From the human T2T-CHM13v2.0 reference genome, Homo sapiens: 64,000 nt of DNA. The first letter of the stretch is position 1; the number at the start of each line of letters is the position of its first letter. The translations under genes were made by a program, and so were the position numbers. The stretch lies in the NCBI RefSeq assembly GCF_009914755.1, contig NC_060932.1; one strand, given 5' to 3'. Positions 31,370 through 44,126 of this stretch are shown here, piece after piece. A model generated the notes under the pieces. The model was not told the origin of the DNA. It ran no database searches and was given only the letters and a program-made list of their open reading frames with translations.

Positions 31370-33450
31370 ATGATTCTCATTCATTCAGTGAATATTTACA
31401 GAACACCCACTATAAGAAAAGTACAATATAAGCACTTGGAGGTACAAAATGAAGAGGCATCATGGCTGCCCAGAAGGCACACAGAGCCCAACTAAAGAAA
31501 GCAGAAAAACCAGTCACCAAAATTCTTGGAAGCATTGCACAAATACATAACAAAAGGAGTTAAGGGAGGCAGTCCACAAGAATAAGGAGTGATTGGAGGT
31601 AATAGTATGAGCAGAGGAAGGCTCGTGAAGTAATGGGTTTTGCAATTGAGAACAGTCCTCTGGCAGTCTGTGAGGATGGGCAGGAGTGAAGCAAAGCAGG
31701 ATGTGAAAACCAGTGAGGGACGGGTGGAGGAAACAGAGATGAGGGGCTAAGCAGCTAACAACAGAGGCGAGGTACTCATGGACTGAAAATAGGGGTAAAA
31801 GTGAGATAGACTCCAGCCTAGCTGACTGGGCAGGCTCATTGACCAAGACTGGAAATACAGGGAATAGAGGTAGCTCTGACTGGACATAAGCAGTGCCTAA
31901 GCAACTTCCAGATGGAAAGATCTATAAAGCATTTGGGCACAGAGGTCCAGAAGTAAGCAGGAGGTCTGAAGGTCAACAGGCTGGGTGGTGATTGAAGCCA
32001 CTGCAGCAAATAAAAGAACACAGAGAGCACATTTAGAGCAGGCTTGTCCAACCCATGGCTCAGGACAGCTTTGAATGTGGCCCAACACAAATTTGTAAAC
32101 TTTCTTAAAACATTATGAGATTTTTTTTGCGATTTTTTTTTTTAGCTCGTCAGCTATCATTAGTGTTACTGTAGTTTATGTGTGGTCCAAGACAACTCTT
32201 CTTCTTCCAATGTGACCCAAGGAAACCAAAAGATTGGACACCCCCGATTTAAGGAGAAGAGGGATGGGAGGCAAGGATGAGATCTCTGGGTGGGTCAGAA
32301 TTTGAAAGAAGAGCAATGGAAGGCAAGCCAGCCACAGAGAATGAAGTGGTCAGAAATAGAAGGAAAAGGAGGAGGAAGAAAAGTCATTGAATCCAAGAGG
32401 AAAAAAATAAAGTGTTGTTTTAAATAATACTTGAATAATTGTTGGTATCATATGCTCAAGAGCAGGTGAGAAAAGAACTAAAAAGGCCTACTGGCACGGT
32501 CATTAGCAAGTCATCAGTAACCTTGGCCAATGTTTCAGAGGTGCCCGTAGCCATGTGAGCGGGACGTAAATGAGATGAGAAGCCTGCGTAAACTTGCTCA
32601 AGGAGAGGAAGTGGAGTTGAGAGGAAGTCTGATTATGTATACATATAGCGGAAAATCGCATAAAATATCAGGTCTGAATTTTCAAATCATATGAGGCAAG
32701 TTATTTAATCTGTCTTATCCTTTGCTTATTTTTTTTTTTTAATGAAGAGGATAATAGTACCTACATCAAAGAGTTCCATGAAGCAATGCATGGGAAGCAC
32801 TGAGCCTAGAGTCTGGTCCACTGCAGGCACTTGGTCATGTTAGTGATTAATATGACTGCCATTGTTCTTATTACAGCTAAGATATTGAGGATGCTGGCAA
32901 AAGACTGGTCTAAGGGAGAGCTGCGAAAAGAGAAGCAAAGAAGTCAGTATTGGATGGGTTGGAAAGAAAAGCAGGAAGGGACGGGGGATATGGATGAGGT
33001 AAAGAATGAGTCCCAAGAATCAGGAGTTGGAGAATTAGACGAGTAGGAGGTTCTGACTAGAAGTTTATATATTGCATTTTAATACAGAAGAGGTACCAGG
33101 TGTTAACAAAGGAATAAGAGTCGAACTGGGGAGTTGGATTGCAGTGGAGACAAAGAGAATTCATGCATTATTAAGAAACAAACATTTCTTGAGAAAATGA
33201 CTCTGCTTTGTTTGGGAAGCTGGAGACACGCCTTGAACAAAGTTCAGACCCTGCCACAGAGCTCTGAGGTTAGAAGGCAGGATACCTTGTCCCCATGGGA
33301 GGTGAAAGTTGTGCAAGGCGGTGGCTGGACAGCAGGAAGGCTATTAACTCAGGGATCAAAGAGCATAAAGGCTAAAACAGCTTACAGCAAAAGGAGAACT
33401 ATCAGGATGATATCTGTGGATAAAATGAATCTTAAAGTACAGGGGATGGT
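31370..33450 (-). mobile_element. Degraded L2 fragments
   Basis: 'tcattcattcagtgaatattta' L2 3' end followed by purine-rich L2-like blocks. Confidence 0.5.
32039..32246 (-). mobile_element. MER30 (hAT-Charlie)
   Basis: Ends 'caggcttgtccaa' and 'ttggacaccccc'; 8 bp TSD atttagag/atttaagg. Confidence 0.9.
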
Positions 33451-34238
33451 TTTGCACTGAGTAAAAGCATGCAAGCAGCAAGGAAGAAGTAGGAATGTGC
33501 TAACACTGCCTGTTGTCCCCCCAGCAAGGGGCAGCCAATAGCCTCCACTCCTACAGATGGCGGCAGGAAAGTCCTTGCGCGAAGAGAGGTAACCAAGTGT
33601 TCAGTTACTGAGAGGAGGTGGAGGATGTGCTCTGTGAAAAGGTTGAGTATAAAAGGCTGTGGCCCCTGTCAACATTTAATCTGTTAGACACTGGCACAAG
33701 CGTCTAGGTGCTTTCCAGGACCTATAAAACAGACTTTAAAAAAATGGCTCCAAAATATGAAAAGAAAATCACAAAAATTGCTATTGCTAAATGTTTAATT
33801 AAATGTACACAAAACGTATCATGTGTCAACTTCATTAATCGTGAAATTTAGTGCTCATAAAAGTTTCATTACATTTAGAAAACAATTTGTATGTTAGATT
33901 TTCCCTCTTTACTAGAACCCCTGAGTAAGCACACTGGTTGTCAAGAAATTGCATTCAGTTGTAAATTAAATTAGTTTCTCAAAACCAAGGATTTAAAAAA
34001 CAAAATTAAATAATTTTTTCAAGTTTTTATAATGAAAATGCATTTAATGTGGAACGTGGGTGGATGTTAATACATTTGATACAGCATTTGAGAAGCTTCC
34101 AGGAGCCTCCGAAAAGCTCTTAACTCAGTCACATGGGCAAAAGAATACCCAAAAGGAGTCACGGCAACAGAAGAAACCTTAGCTTCTCATCAAGGAGCAA
34201 ATTAGACCCTTCTCGTAACTTTAACGCTGTTTCCAGCT

Positions 34239-35658
34239 CAGGGATTCTTAACCTATGGGTGCCTTGGATGCCCTTAGCAGCCTGTTGAAGCCTAAAGACC
34301 CCTTTTCAAAATAACATATTTCTTTTGAAATCTCCCCCTCCTGAGAGAAGAGAATATTAAAGTGTGTAAGACACTGATAGTAGATGACAAGCTTGATTCT
34401 GGAAATTCTTTAATTTGGGATTGTAAAAGGTAATACAGTGATCTATTTGAGTTCCAGCAGTACAACTGACACAGGAAGAAAAGAGCTGACATAAGCTACT
34501 TACTCACTATGTGCCCACTTAAACTCTTTACCTATCAGGGTTTTTGTTTGTTTGTTTGTTTTACTTTAAGTTCTGGGATACATGTGCAGAACGTGCAGGT
34601 TTGTTACATAGGTATACCTGTGCCGTGGTGTTCTGCTGCACCCATCAACCCTTCGTGTAGGTTTTAAGCCCAGCATGCATTAGGTGTTTGTCCTAATGCT
34701 CTCCCTCCCTTTGCCTCCCACCCGCCGACAGGCCCCGGTGTATGATATTCCCTCCCTGTGTCCACATGTTCTCATTATTCAGCTCCCACTTATGAGTGAG
34801 AACATGCGGTGTTTGGTTGTCTGTTCCTGTGTTAGTTTGCTGACAATGATGGTTTCCAGCTTCATCCATGTCCCTGAAAAGACATGAACTCATTCTTTTT
34901 ATGGCTGTTTAGTATTCCATGGTGTATATGTTGCCACATTTTCTTTATCCAGTCTACCATTGATGGGCGTTTGGGTTGGTTCCAAGTCTTTGCTATTGTA
35001 AATAGTGCTGCAATAAACATTCATGTGCATGTGTCTTTAGAGTAGAATGATTTATAATCCTTTGGGTATACACCCAGTAATGGCATTGCTGGGTCAAATG
35101 GTATTTCTGGTATTTCTTGAGGAATTGCCACACTGTCTTCCACAATGGTTGAACTAATTTACACTCCCACCAACATACAAAAGTGTTCCTATTTCTCCAA
35201 ATCTTCTCCAGCATCTGTTGCTTCCTGCCTTTTTAATGATTGCCATTCTAACTGACATGAGATGGTATCTCATTGTGGTTTTGATTTGCACAAAATAACA
35301 TTTTTAAATGCATAAAGCAAAACGCACAGGGTCACGATCTATTGAAATGCAACCATCAAAATATGTAATGCTTGTGTGATAAAAGATACAATAACAATAT
35401 GCTTCTTTATAAAATAACAAAATCTAGTTTCAATTCATAGTAGTGATATTTTAAGATATCTTCAACAACAGTAATGTGATTTTAAAATATCGGTTTTTAT
35501 TGGTGTCAGAAACTGCTAGCATTACTGTTAGTTGTTACTCACATTTATAATTGAAAGAAATACTAACTTTCAAGAGATTGGTGCATATAAAGATGCAATT
35601 TTTCCCATCTAAGTTCACAGACCTCTAGGACTGTGCACACAGCAGTTTATGGAGCCTT
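34239..35658. mobile_element. hAT-Charlie-type element in two parts (34239-34320 and 35291-35658)
   Basis: 'cagggattcttaacc...tgaagcctaaagacccc' continues as 'caaaataacatttttaaatgcataaa' after the insertion. Confidence 0.65.
34541..35290 (-). mobile_element. L1PA8-like 3' end, 5'-truncated
   Basis: 'taggttttaagcccagcatgcattagg' 3' UTR, ORF2 C-terminal remnants, (TTTG)n tail. Confidence 0.9.
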
Positions 35659-35705
35659 GTGAAAAATCTGTGTGCTCTAACTCCTTACACATAAAACGAA
35701 CGAAC

Positions 35706-35908
35706 TGGGGGCTGGTGTTGAAGGACTGAGATGCTGCAGCAGAAATGTGTGAACTGATTTTATAGGAACCTCAAATTCAAAGGTGTTCCCTCCAATTTTC
35801 ATTTCCTCCCTCTAATCTACTTTATACATTCTTGAAGAATCTATTTCAGTGGGTGTTACCTCCTTTAGCAAAAATTCATTTGAACAGCACTAACCTTTGA
35901 TAAATGCG

Positions 35909-35942
<34 letters not shown>

Positions 35943-36251
35943 CAGCTATCTCAAAGTTAGAAGACAATTTCACAAACTTGGAAATAAACACAAAGAATAA
36001 AATGTAAAAGTCAATAATTAAAGAGAAATAACAATGGAAAATTTGGAAAAGGTTGTGAAGGTTTAAAAAAGACATTGGCCGGGCATGGTGGCTCATGTCT
36101 GTAATCCTAGCACTTTGGGAGGCCGAGGAGGGTGGATCACCTGAGGTCAGGAGTCCAAGACTAGCCCTGCTAACATGGCGAAACTCCATCTCTACTAAAA
36201 AAATACAAAGATTAGCCAGGCGTGGTGGCATGCACCTATAATCCAAGCTAC
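35706..36251 (+). repeat. Source copy of a local duplication
   Basis: Aligns by eye at roughly 90% to 37460-38028. Confidence 0.95.
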
Positions 36252-36372
36252 TGGGGAGGCTGAGGTAGGAGAATCGCTTGAACCTAGGGGGCAGAGGTTG
36301 CAGTGAGCCTAAATTGCGCTACTTCACTCCAGTCTGGACGAAAGAGCGGAAGTCTGTCTCAAAAAAAAAAAA
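36077..36372 (+). mobile_element. AluS
   Basis: Full dimer, TSD aaaaaagacat. Confidence 0.96.
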
Positions 36373-36871
36373 AAAGACATAAACGTAGGAAACGATGATC
36401 TTGCTAGTGATTAAATCTGTATTAATGAAAGAAATTGCATTTTTGCCTATCAAATTTATAAAGATTAAAAAGATTGGTAATATCCAGTATTATTATATTA
36501 ACAATATCATTTGTGAAGATGAGGTAAAGTGGAGACTTTCATATATCGGTGCTGGGAATATCAATGACTCCCATCTTTCTGCAGGGCAGCAAGGGCAGCC
36601 TGGCTACACAGCTCAAAGGCTGTGAAATGTGCATTGCATTGAATTGTGGCAATGACAAGTGTCGGACTGTCTCTAGGTAAGTTCCTGTACCAGTGGACAA
36701 AAATAATAGCGAAAAGTTGGAAACAACATAAATTTTCAATTGTAAGAGATTGGTTAAATATATTAGAAAATATCCATCAATATAACACCAAACAAGAAAG
36801 CATTAAAAATAAAACATATGTATTGAAATAGAAATCTGACTAAACTATTTTAGTATATAAAAAGTAGAATA

Positions 36872-37177
36872 CCCAGGTATGATGGCTTACGCCTGTAATC
36901 CCAATACTTTGAGAGGCTGAGGCGGGCAGATCACTTGAGGCCAGGAGTTTGAGACCAGCCTGGACAACATGGCAAAACTCTGTCTCTACTAAAAATACAA
37001 AAAAAAAACAAAAAACAAAAAACAAAAAACCAAGCTGGGTGTGGTTGCACCTGACTGTAGTCCCCAGCTACTCAAGAGGCTAAGGTGGGATCTCAGGAGG
37101 TAGAGGTTGCAGTGAGCCGTGATCATACCACCGCACTCCAGCCTGGGTGACAGAGTGAGACCCTGTCTCGAAAAAAA
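36872..37177 (+). mobile_element. Alu (J/Sx-like)
   Basis: Dimer, TSD aaaaagtagaatac. Confidence 0.95.
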
Positions 37178-37459
37178 AGTAGAATACAGAATATTACTGA
37201 TAATGTAACCCCAATTCTACCTAAAAAACCATATATATATAATATGGAAATATAGTTTCTATGTGTGGTTTATATATATAAATATATATCACTTGTATAT
37301 AAATATATGTGTATAAATATATATATATATTTGCAGATATATAAAAGTAAAGAAATCTGAAAGGATCAATCTATATCCCACTGTTAACAGTGATGTGTCT
37401 TAGGAGAGGGATTTTAATTTTCAACTAAAATAAATAAACAATATTTAAAAAACAATAAT

Positions 37460-37670
37460 TGGGGGCCAGTGTTGAAGGACTGAGATGCTGCAGCAGAAAT
37501 GTACAAACTGATTTTATAGGGACCTCAAATTCAAAGGTGCCTCCCTCCAATTTTCATTTCCTCCCTCTAATCTACTTCATACATTCTTGAAGAATCTATT
37601 TCAGTGGGTGTTATCTCCTTTAGCAAAAATTCATGTGAACAGCAACAACCTTTGATAAATGTGCACGCAT

Positions 37671-37713
<43 letters not shown>

Positions 37714-38028
37714 AACAGCCGTCTCAAAGTTAGAAGACAATTTCACAAACTGGGGAAAAAGCACAAAGAATAAAATGTAGAAGTCAATAATTAAGGAGAA
37801 ATAACAATGGAAAATTTGGAAAAGGTTGTGAAAGCTTAAAAAAGACATTGTCCCAGCACGGTGGCTAATGCCTGTAATCCTAGCACTTTGGGAGGCTGAG
37901 GCAAGTGGGTCACCTGAGGTCAGGAGTTCAAGACCAGCCTGGCCAACATGGTGAAACCCCATCTCTACTAAAAAAAAAAATACAAAAATTATCCAGGCAT
38001 GGTGGCAGGCACCTATAATCCCAGCTAC
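37460..38028 (+). repeat. Derived copy of the local duplication, including a partial Alu (37849-38028)
   Basis: Same unique sequence, (CA)n and Alu 5' part as 35706-36251. Confidence 0.95.
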
Positions 38029-38632
38029 AATATTAAGAAACAATCATTGTACATCATTTTGTAATCAGAAAAGAAAATAAATACATTTATTTATTTTCTG
38101 TGTTGGCCAAAGGCTGACCTCTCTGAAAGAAGCCTTTGAATAATTGAGGTCTTTCCCTACTCAGGAAGAATTTAGGGCTTTAAAACATTTATTTGATTGC
38201 ATCGTTTCAGTGAACACCTGAGAGCAGTGACCTGGGATGACAGCTGAACAGGGAGCTTCCTTCCTGATTATTCTCTAATGGACTCAAGAAATCGGGAGGA
38301 GCCCCAGACAGCGGATTGGAGGTTCTCCTGCCTGAGTTGTCCACCAAACACTTCCCCAGGGCCAGGATGTCAGCTTCGCAAGGGACGTTCTGCACTGACA
38401 GAGGTCTGGCTAAAACCCAGGGGTTGTTCTCTCATTCGGTCCTTCATTTATTCATCCTACACTCACTGAGTGCCTACAACGCACAAGGACTTGAAGCATG
38501 AGTGACGCAGGAGGACCACAGCGGACTAATAGAATCCCATTGGTCCTGGCTCCTCACAGAGAGTTGGAAGCCCTGGGTACACAGGACACACACATACACC
38601 GCAAAACAGAATTGGGATAGCGGCATGGGCAG

Positions 38633-38796
38633 GGAGCGGCCGATTCCGGCGTGAAGCCACAGATCATGGTGGTCATGGGGACTGGGGCACGGGGAAGGAG
38701 CGGCCGATTCTGGAGCCACAGATCATGGTGGTAATGGGGACAGGGGCACGGAGAAGGAGCGGCTGATTCTGGCTGTGGAGCCACAGATCACGGTGG
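38633..38796. repeat. GC/CpG-rich minisatellite, about 2.7 copies of 59-64 bp
   Basis: Units start ggagcggc at 38633, 38697 and 38756. Confidence 0.92.
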
Positions 38797-41067
38797 CCTT
38801 CGTGGTACAGGTGCTGTTTGAGCAGATCCGTGAGTGAGGAATGGGCTTCTCCAGAAAAAGGAAGAGGAGAGCATATGTCCATTTCTGGAAGGGTGAACAG
38901 CTTTGAAAAAATATGGCTAGAATGAATGCTCCCAGGAGCAAGGAGTATCAGGTTTGACATGATTATGGTTCACCTCAGTGAATGCCCAGCACTGAGCCCA
39001 GAAAGATAGAGACTAGAATGAGATAACACAGGCCTGTGAAGGGCCTCTTTATGACAAGTCCCCTCCGTGGGACCTTGGATTCTCCAACCCTACCTGTTAA
39101 GATGTTTCTTCCTCCTGGGAAGCAGAAGAGACTGCTTCACAGATCATGACTACTGTCTTGGATTCTTAATCCAGATGAATCCAGGGAGTCCGTGTCCCTA
39201 GCCAGCAGAAGTCAAAGGCCAGTCTGCTCCTGCTAGGGGTGAAGATGGGGTAGGGAGATGGAGCCGAGGCCAGGTGGCAAGACACATCTGCAGGTGTCCA
39301 GCTGGCTTAGTCATCACGCTGGCTTCCTTTTATATTTCTAGAAAATATTAGGAACACCCTGCTCTTCAGCATCTTAAATAAGGGCATCTTAAATAAATAT
39401 TAAGAAATGTGATAATATTTACCCAAGGGCTCACCATTTCTGTCCTAAGCAAAAGAATACATCAAGCTGAAGCCTTCACTCCACTTCCAGCACCCTCCTC
39501 ACTGCAGCCTCCTGGAGCTGCTCAGCCGTAACCCACAGAGTTCCTCCCCATTGAATGATTAAGCAACACCCACCCCAGGTATTAGGTTCTTTTGGGTAGT
39601 TTGAGACTTGCATCTTCACAAAGAGGCATAAAATGATAGACCCCCACCTTCGGCTAGGAATGAAGAAAGAGTAAAATGTTTTAGCTGGTCTCTTCTCTTG
39701 CTATCCTGCAATTTTCAACTAATGTCAAACAAAAATAACAAGTAAGGCAGGCAAGCTCTAGTTCGGCAGCCCTTAGAAGGACAATAGGTGCTTTGAGAAA
39801 TTTAGGCTTTAGGAGAAAATGCACCAGCAAAGATGTATAGAGAGGATGGGCCCAAGTTCAGATCCTTACATAAGAAAGGCAATTCTGTTAGCACAATTTC
39901 TAGGCTGAATAGAAGAAAACAGACTTGGAACAAGGGTCAGGAGGCAGAGGCATGAAGCCAAGGGGGAGTTGATAAAAGCGTGATCTCACTCTGAAACCAC
40001 AGGAAGGGACAAAGATGAAGCCAGCAGTGGCAGGCAGGGCCGACTCACAGCATCCGGATGTGGTGAGCTAGCAGGTCAAATATAATTCAATCGTTTCTAG
40101 CCTGGGTGAAGGGAAGAAGGGAAGAAGTTGGTGTTATTAATCAAATTCTAAAAGGAAATTTAAAAGAGGAAGCAGGTTTGGAGAGAAAGGAAAGATAAGT
40201 CCTCTGAGGTGTGATTACTCTAGACTGAAAGCACCCCAAAGTCTACAATTGTGTGACCCTAGGGTTCTATTTCGAAGGTATTTAAAAGCAAACTACAAGC
40301 AAGTAATTCAAGTAAAAGAGGCAGGTTCAGAACATCCTCCCCACACTCAGAAAACTGCATTTTCCAGAACAGAGACAGTTTTATTGTTGTTTCAGGTGTA
40401 GTTCTCTGAGCAAAACAATAGACTTAGGCTTATCAATCCTTTACACCTTAGTATAAATGAGTTTACAAGGTCCTTTCCCAAGCCAAGGATCTGGAAATAG
40501 GGTGAAGATCCTGTTAGAAATTCAAGCACGATGGCTCTGAGAGAGAATAAGTGCCGAAAGAGGACGGCAGATGGCACATTCCTTAACTTAGGACAATGTT
40601 CAGAGCCAGATCTGCCAGGCAATATTCCCCCATTTCCAGCCAGAGGATGGATTTCTCCTACGCCTATCTCTAAGATCATCAAAATCACTGTGAAGGTAAG
40701 AAAATAGGGACATTTGGTGTTTTATATTGCTCATCACTCAATTCCTCTCTTGAGGAAACAAAAATGGTCCACTCAATATATATGTTATTGAACATACAGT
40801 AATAAAATGCACATGATTTTTATTTCATCCTCTAGAACTAATTTGTTAGTACTCAGCTAAGCATCCCTTAGCTTCCCTGACACAACACACTCCTAGTTTT
40901 CCTCCTACCTGCCTGTTTCTTCCAGATCTCCTTGGTGGTCTCACCATCTTCGCAGCCAGTAGGTTTCCCGGCTCACTTTTCTTCTCTCCTCAAGCTTTCT
41001 TGGTAGACGTTCTCAACTGCAGAGCTCACACACAAATTTAACTCTTCCACCCAAATCTCTCCTCTGA

Positions 41068-41573
<506 letters not shown>

Positions 41574-43767
41574 CAGTTTTACTACTAATAGTGCCCTTTC
41601 ACTTTTAGAAGTGTCATGTTTGGATGATAAATGATATTGTCACTCCTTCCCTAAAAACCGCACATGGTCTGGCTCCTACCATATTGGTCATGCTAGCCTT
41701 TTCTATGACGACATCCTGCTTTGTTCTGCACTAGCCTCACTTGCCTTCTTTCCGTTTCTCCCCAAACTTTCATAATGCTGTCCCTCTTCCTGGAATGCTC
41801 TTCCTTAACCTTCTTACCCAGTAAAAGCCTGTGCACCCTTCAGATGCCACTCAGAATCACTGCTGCAGAAAAATTCCCTCATTCCGAGGCTGGTGATCTC
41901 TCCCCACGTGCTCTCCCAGGGACCGTGACCCTTCATCCATAGCACTTATGAGAGCTGCCACTTTCAATGGAGGGCAGGGACCCTTCCCGGCTGTGCTCAC
42001 TACTTATGCTATGCCAGAATACGCACGAAACTTGGATTAATGGTTTATAAAAATGGATAATGATTTCATGATAAAATAAAAGAATTACTTGAAATTATCA
42101 ACAATCCACTGATCCGTTTGGTTTATTAAATCATGGTATTGGTTTCCAAGGAGCTTTTAAATCACATGCTATTAAAATTAGAAAGGAACAATTGATCATT
42201 TATTGCAGAGGAGGAAATAATGCAGGGAAGTTACATGACTCGCCCATGATCTCCCAGCCTTTCTGGAAGTCCAAGTGAAATGCACACAGGAGTATAGATT
42301 TCTATTTTATTTCTAGGTGGCAAGACTCCATTGAAAAGCCATATAAACCCTTCCAGGCTCAGATATTCCTTGGTTATGATTCGGTTTTACTTTTCCCTCG
42401 ATAGCACTCTATTTCTTCCCTTTCTCCCTCCCTTCTTTCTCTTTCCCCTTTTTTTTGCATCATCAGCCATGATAGCAGAAAACTCATGCCCAGGAGTATG
42501 TCATAAAGCATACAGAAAAAAAAACAACACATAAAAATGCAAAGTATGTATGGTAAGAGAGGTGGGAGGAGGGACACACTGAAGATCCCTAATTCTTGGT
42601 GTTCAAGACATTGCAGGCCACAATTCCATCTTGAATTTTTTCATCCCCCATTACAGTAAGGGATATAATAGATAATGAGAGACCAAACAAACTAATTTGT
42701 TAATTCTAGGATGTGACATCATGACCATTCATTTCTGGGGTTGCTAATGCCAACCAGTGACCTTCTAGGATTACATACAGATGAAATGTGAAGAGGAAAT
42801 TTAATAAGAAAAGGTCAATCATCACTCAATGTACCAATGAAACAAGATTTTTTTCTTTTACAATAAAATATCAAAAATTTTAAACGACCAACATTGTGTC
42901 TTATGATACATACTCAGTGCTTATAGACAAAGCTATAATGACTATCTAAAATTATATGGAGGATAATATTTGCTGAGCTCTGGAGTATTTAAAGTCATAA
43001 ACACTCTTTTAAAGGTCAGCTGTAAAACCGAGATAATAACTTTGAAGGAAAATGCCTTTTTCCATCAGGAATTCACAATAAAAATAATCTTTTCCACATG
43101 ATTTTTCTTTTAACTATGCTTGGCACAAAGACAAAACTAATAGATGAATTATACGTGATTACAAAACTATTTTGCTATACGGAGTCACAGATCAAAAGGA
43201 ATGGTTCCTGTTGCAGGCAGGTAATGGCCTTGTACCATGTTCAGTCACACATGCTGCTGTAGAGCATTTCAATGGGGCTTTGAGAATGACATGCTCAAAT
43301 AGCTGCATTTTTAATATCTATTAAAGTCACTGTGCCATGACTGAATAACACCACCCATAAGCAGAAAGGAGGGGAATACAACCAGCTGCTCCATGCACAC
43401 AGTTCAGGGCTGTGTGTGCTGTCATCTAGAGCTGTTCAAAATATCTTAACTCCCTTCTGGCTAGACTTAAATATTGGGGCTGGATCACAGCCAAGTAATG
43501 ACAAGTTGTGTTCCTCCAAGCAAAGCCCCAATGTGCAAATGCCAACACCATATTTTTTTACTCTTTGTATTCGTTTAGCTTCTTTAAAACAAGAATGGTA
43601 TTGAACACAGTAATATTTTCTCTCTGTTTTTCTAATTCATTGACAATTACTTAGGGCTTTTATTTTTTTTTAAGAAATGCATCTCTAAGCAGAACTTGAT
43701 CTTGGAATACAGACCCACTAGCTCATTCTAATCAGTCTTTTTTTGTTGATTTCTCTTACTCCCTATC

Positions 43768-44126
43768 AGATATGGTTTGGTTGTGTCCCCATCTAAATCT
43801 CAACTTGAACTGTGGCTCCCACAATTCCCATGCATTGTGGGAGGGACCCAGTGGGAGATAATAATTATGGAGGCTGTTTCCCCAGTGCTGTTCTTGTGGA
43901 AGCGCATAAGTCTCATGAGATCTGATGCTTTTATAAGGGGTAACCCCTTTCACTTGATTCTCACTGTCTCTTGTCTGCCACCATGTAAGACGTGCCCTTC
44001 ATCTTCTACCATGATTGTGAGGCCTCCCCAGCCATATAGAACTGTGAGTCCATTAAACCTCTTCCCTTTATAAATTACCCAGTCTTGGGTATGTCTTTAT
44101 TAGCAGCATGAGAACAGACTAATACA
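43768..44126 (+). mobile_element. THE1 (MaLR) solo LTR
   Basis: 'gatatggtttggttgtgtcccc...cagactaataca', 5 bp TSD ctatc. Confidence 0.92.

Larger units (their letters stand above)
36380..38080 (+). mobile_element. Degraded L1ME-type 3' fragments (interrupted)
   Basis: 'cctatcaaatt...tgttaacagtgatgtgtct...ttttgtaatcagaaaagaaaataaa'. Confidence 0.5.

Noticed and set aside
35890-38043. Two paralogous ORFs (118 aa and 158 aa) resembling a gene family
   Set aside because: They are antisense Alu and (TG)n read-throughs of the local duplication.
38633-38796. CRISPR-like repeat-spacer array
   Set aside because: Whole units are repeated with no unique spacers, there are no cas genes, and the context is primate DNA.
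39369-39396. 15 bp-period duplication gcatcttaaataa
   Set aside because: Ordinary slippage indel with no other signal.
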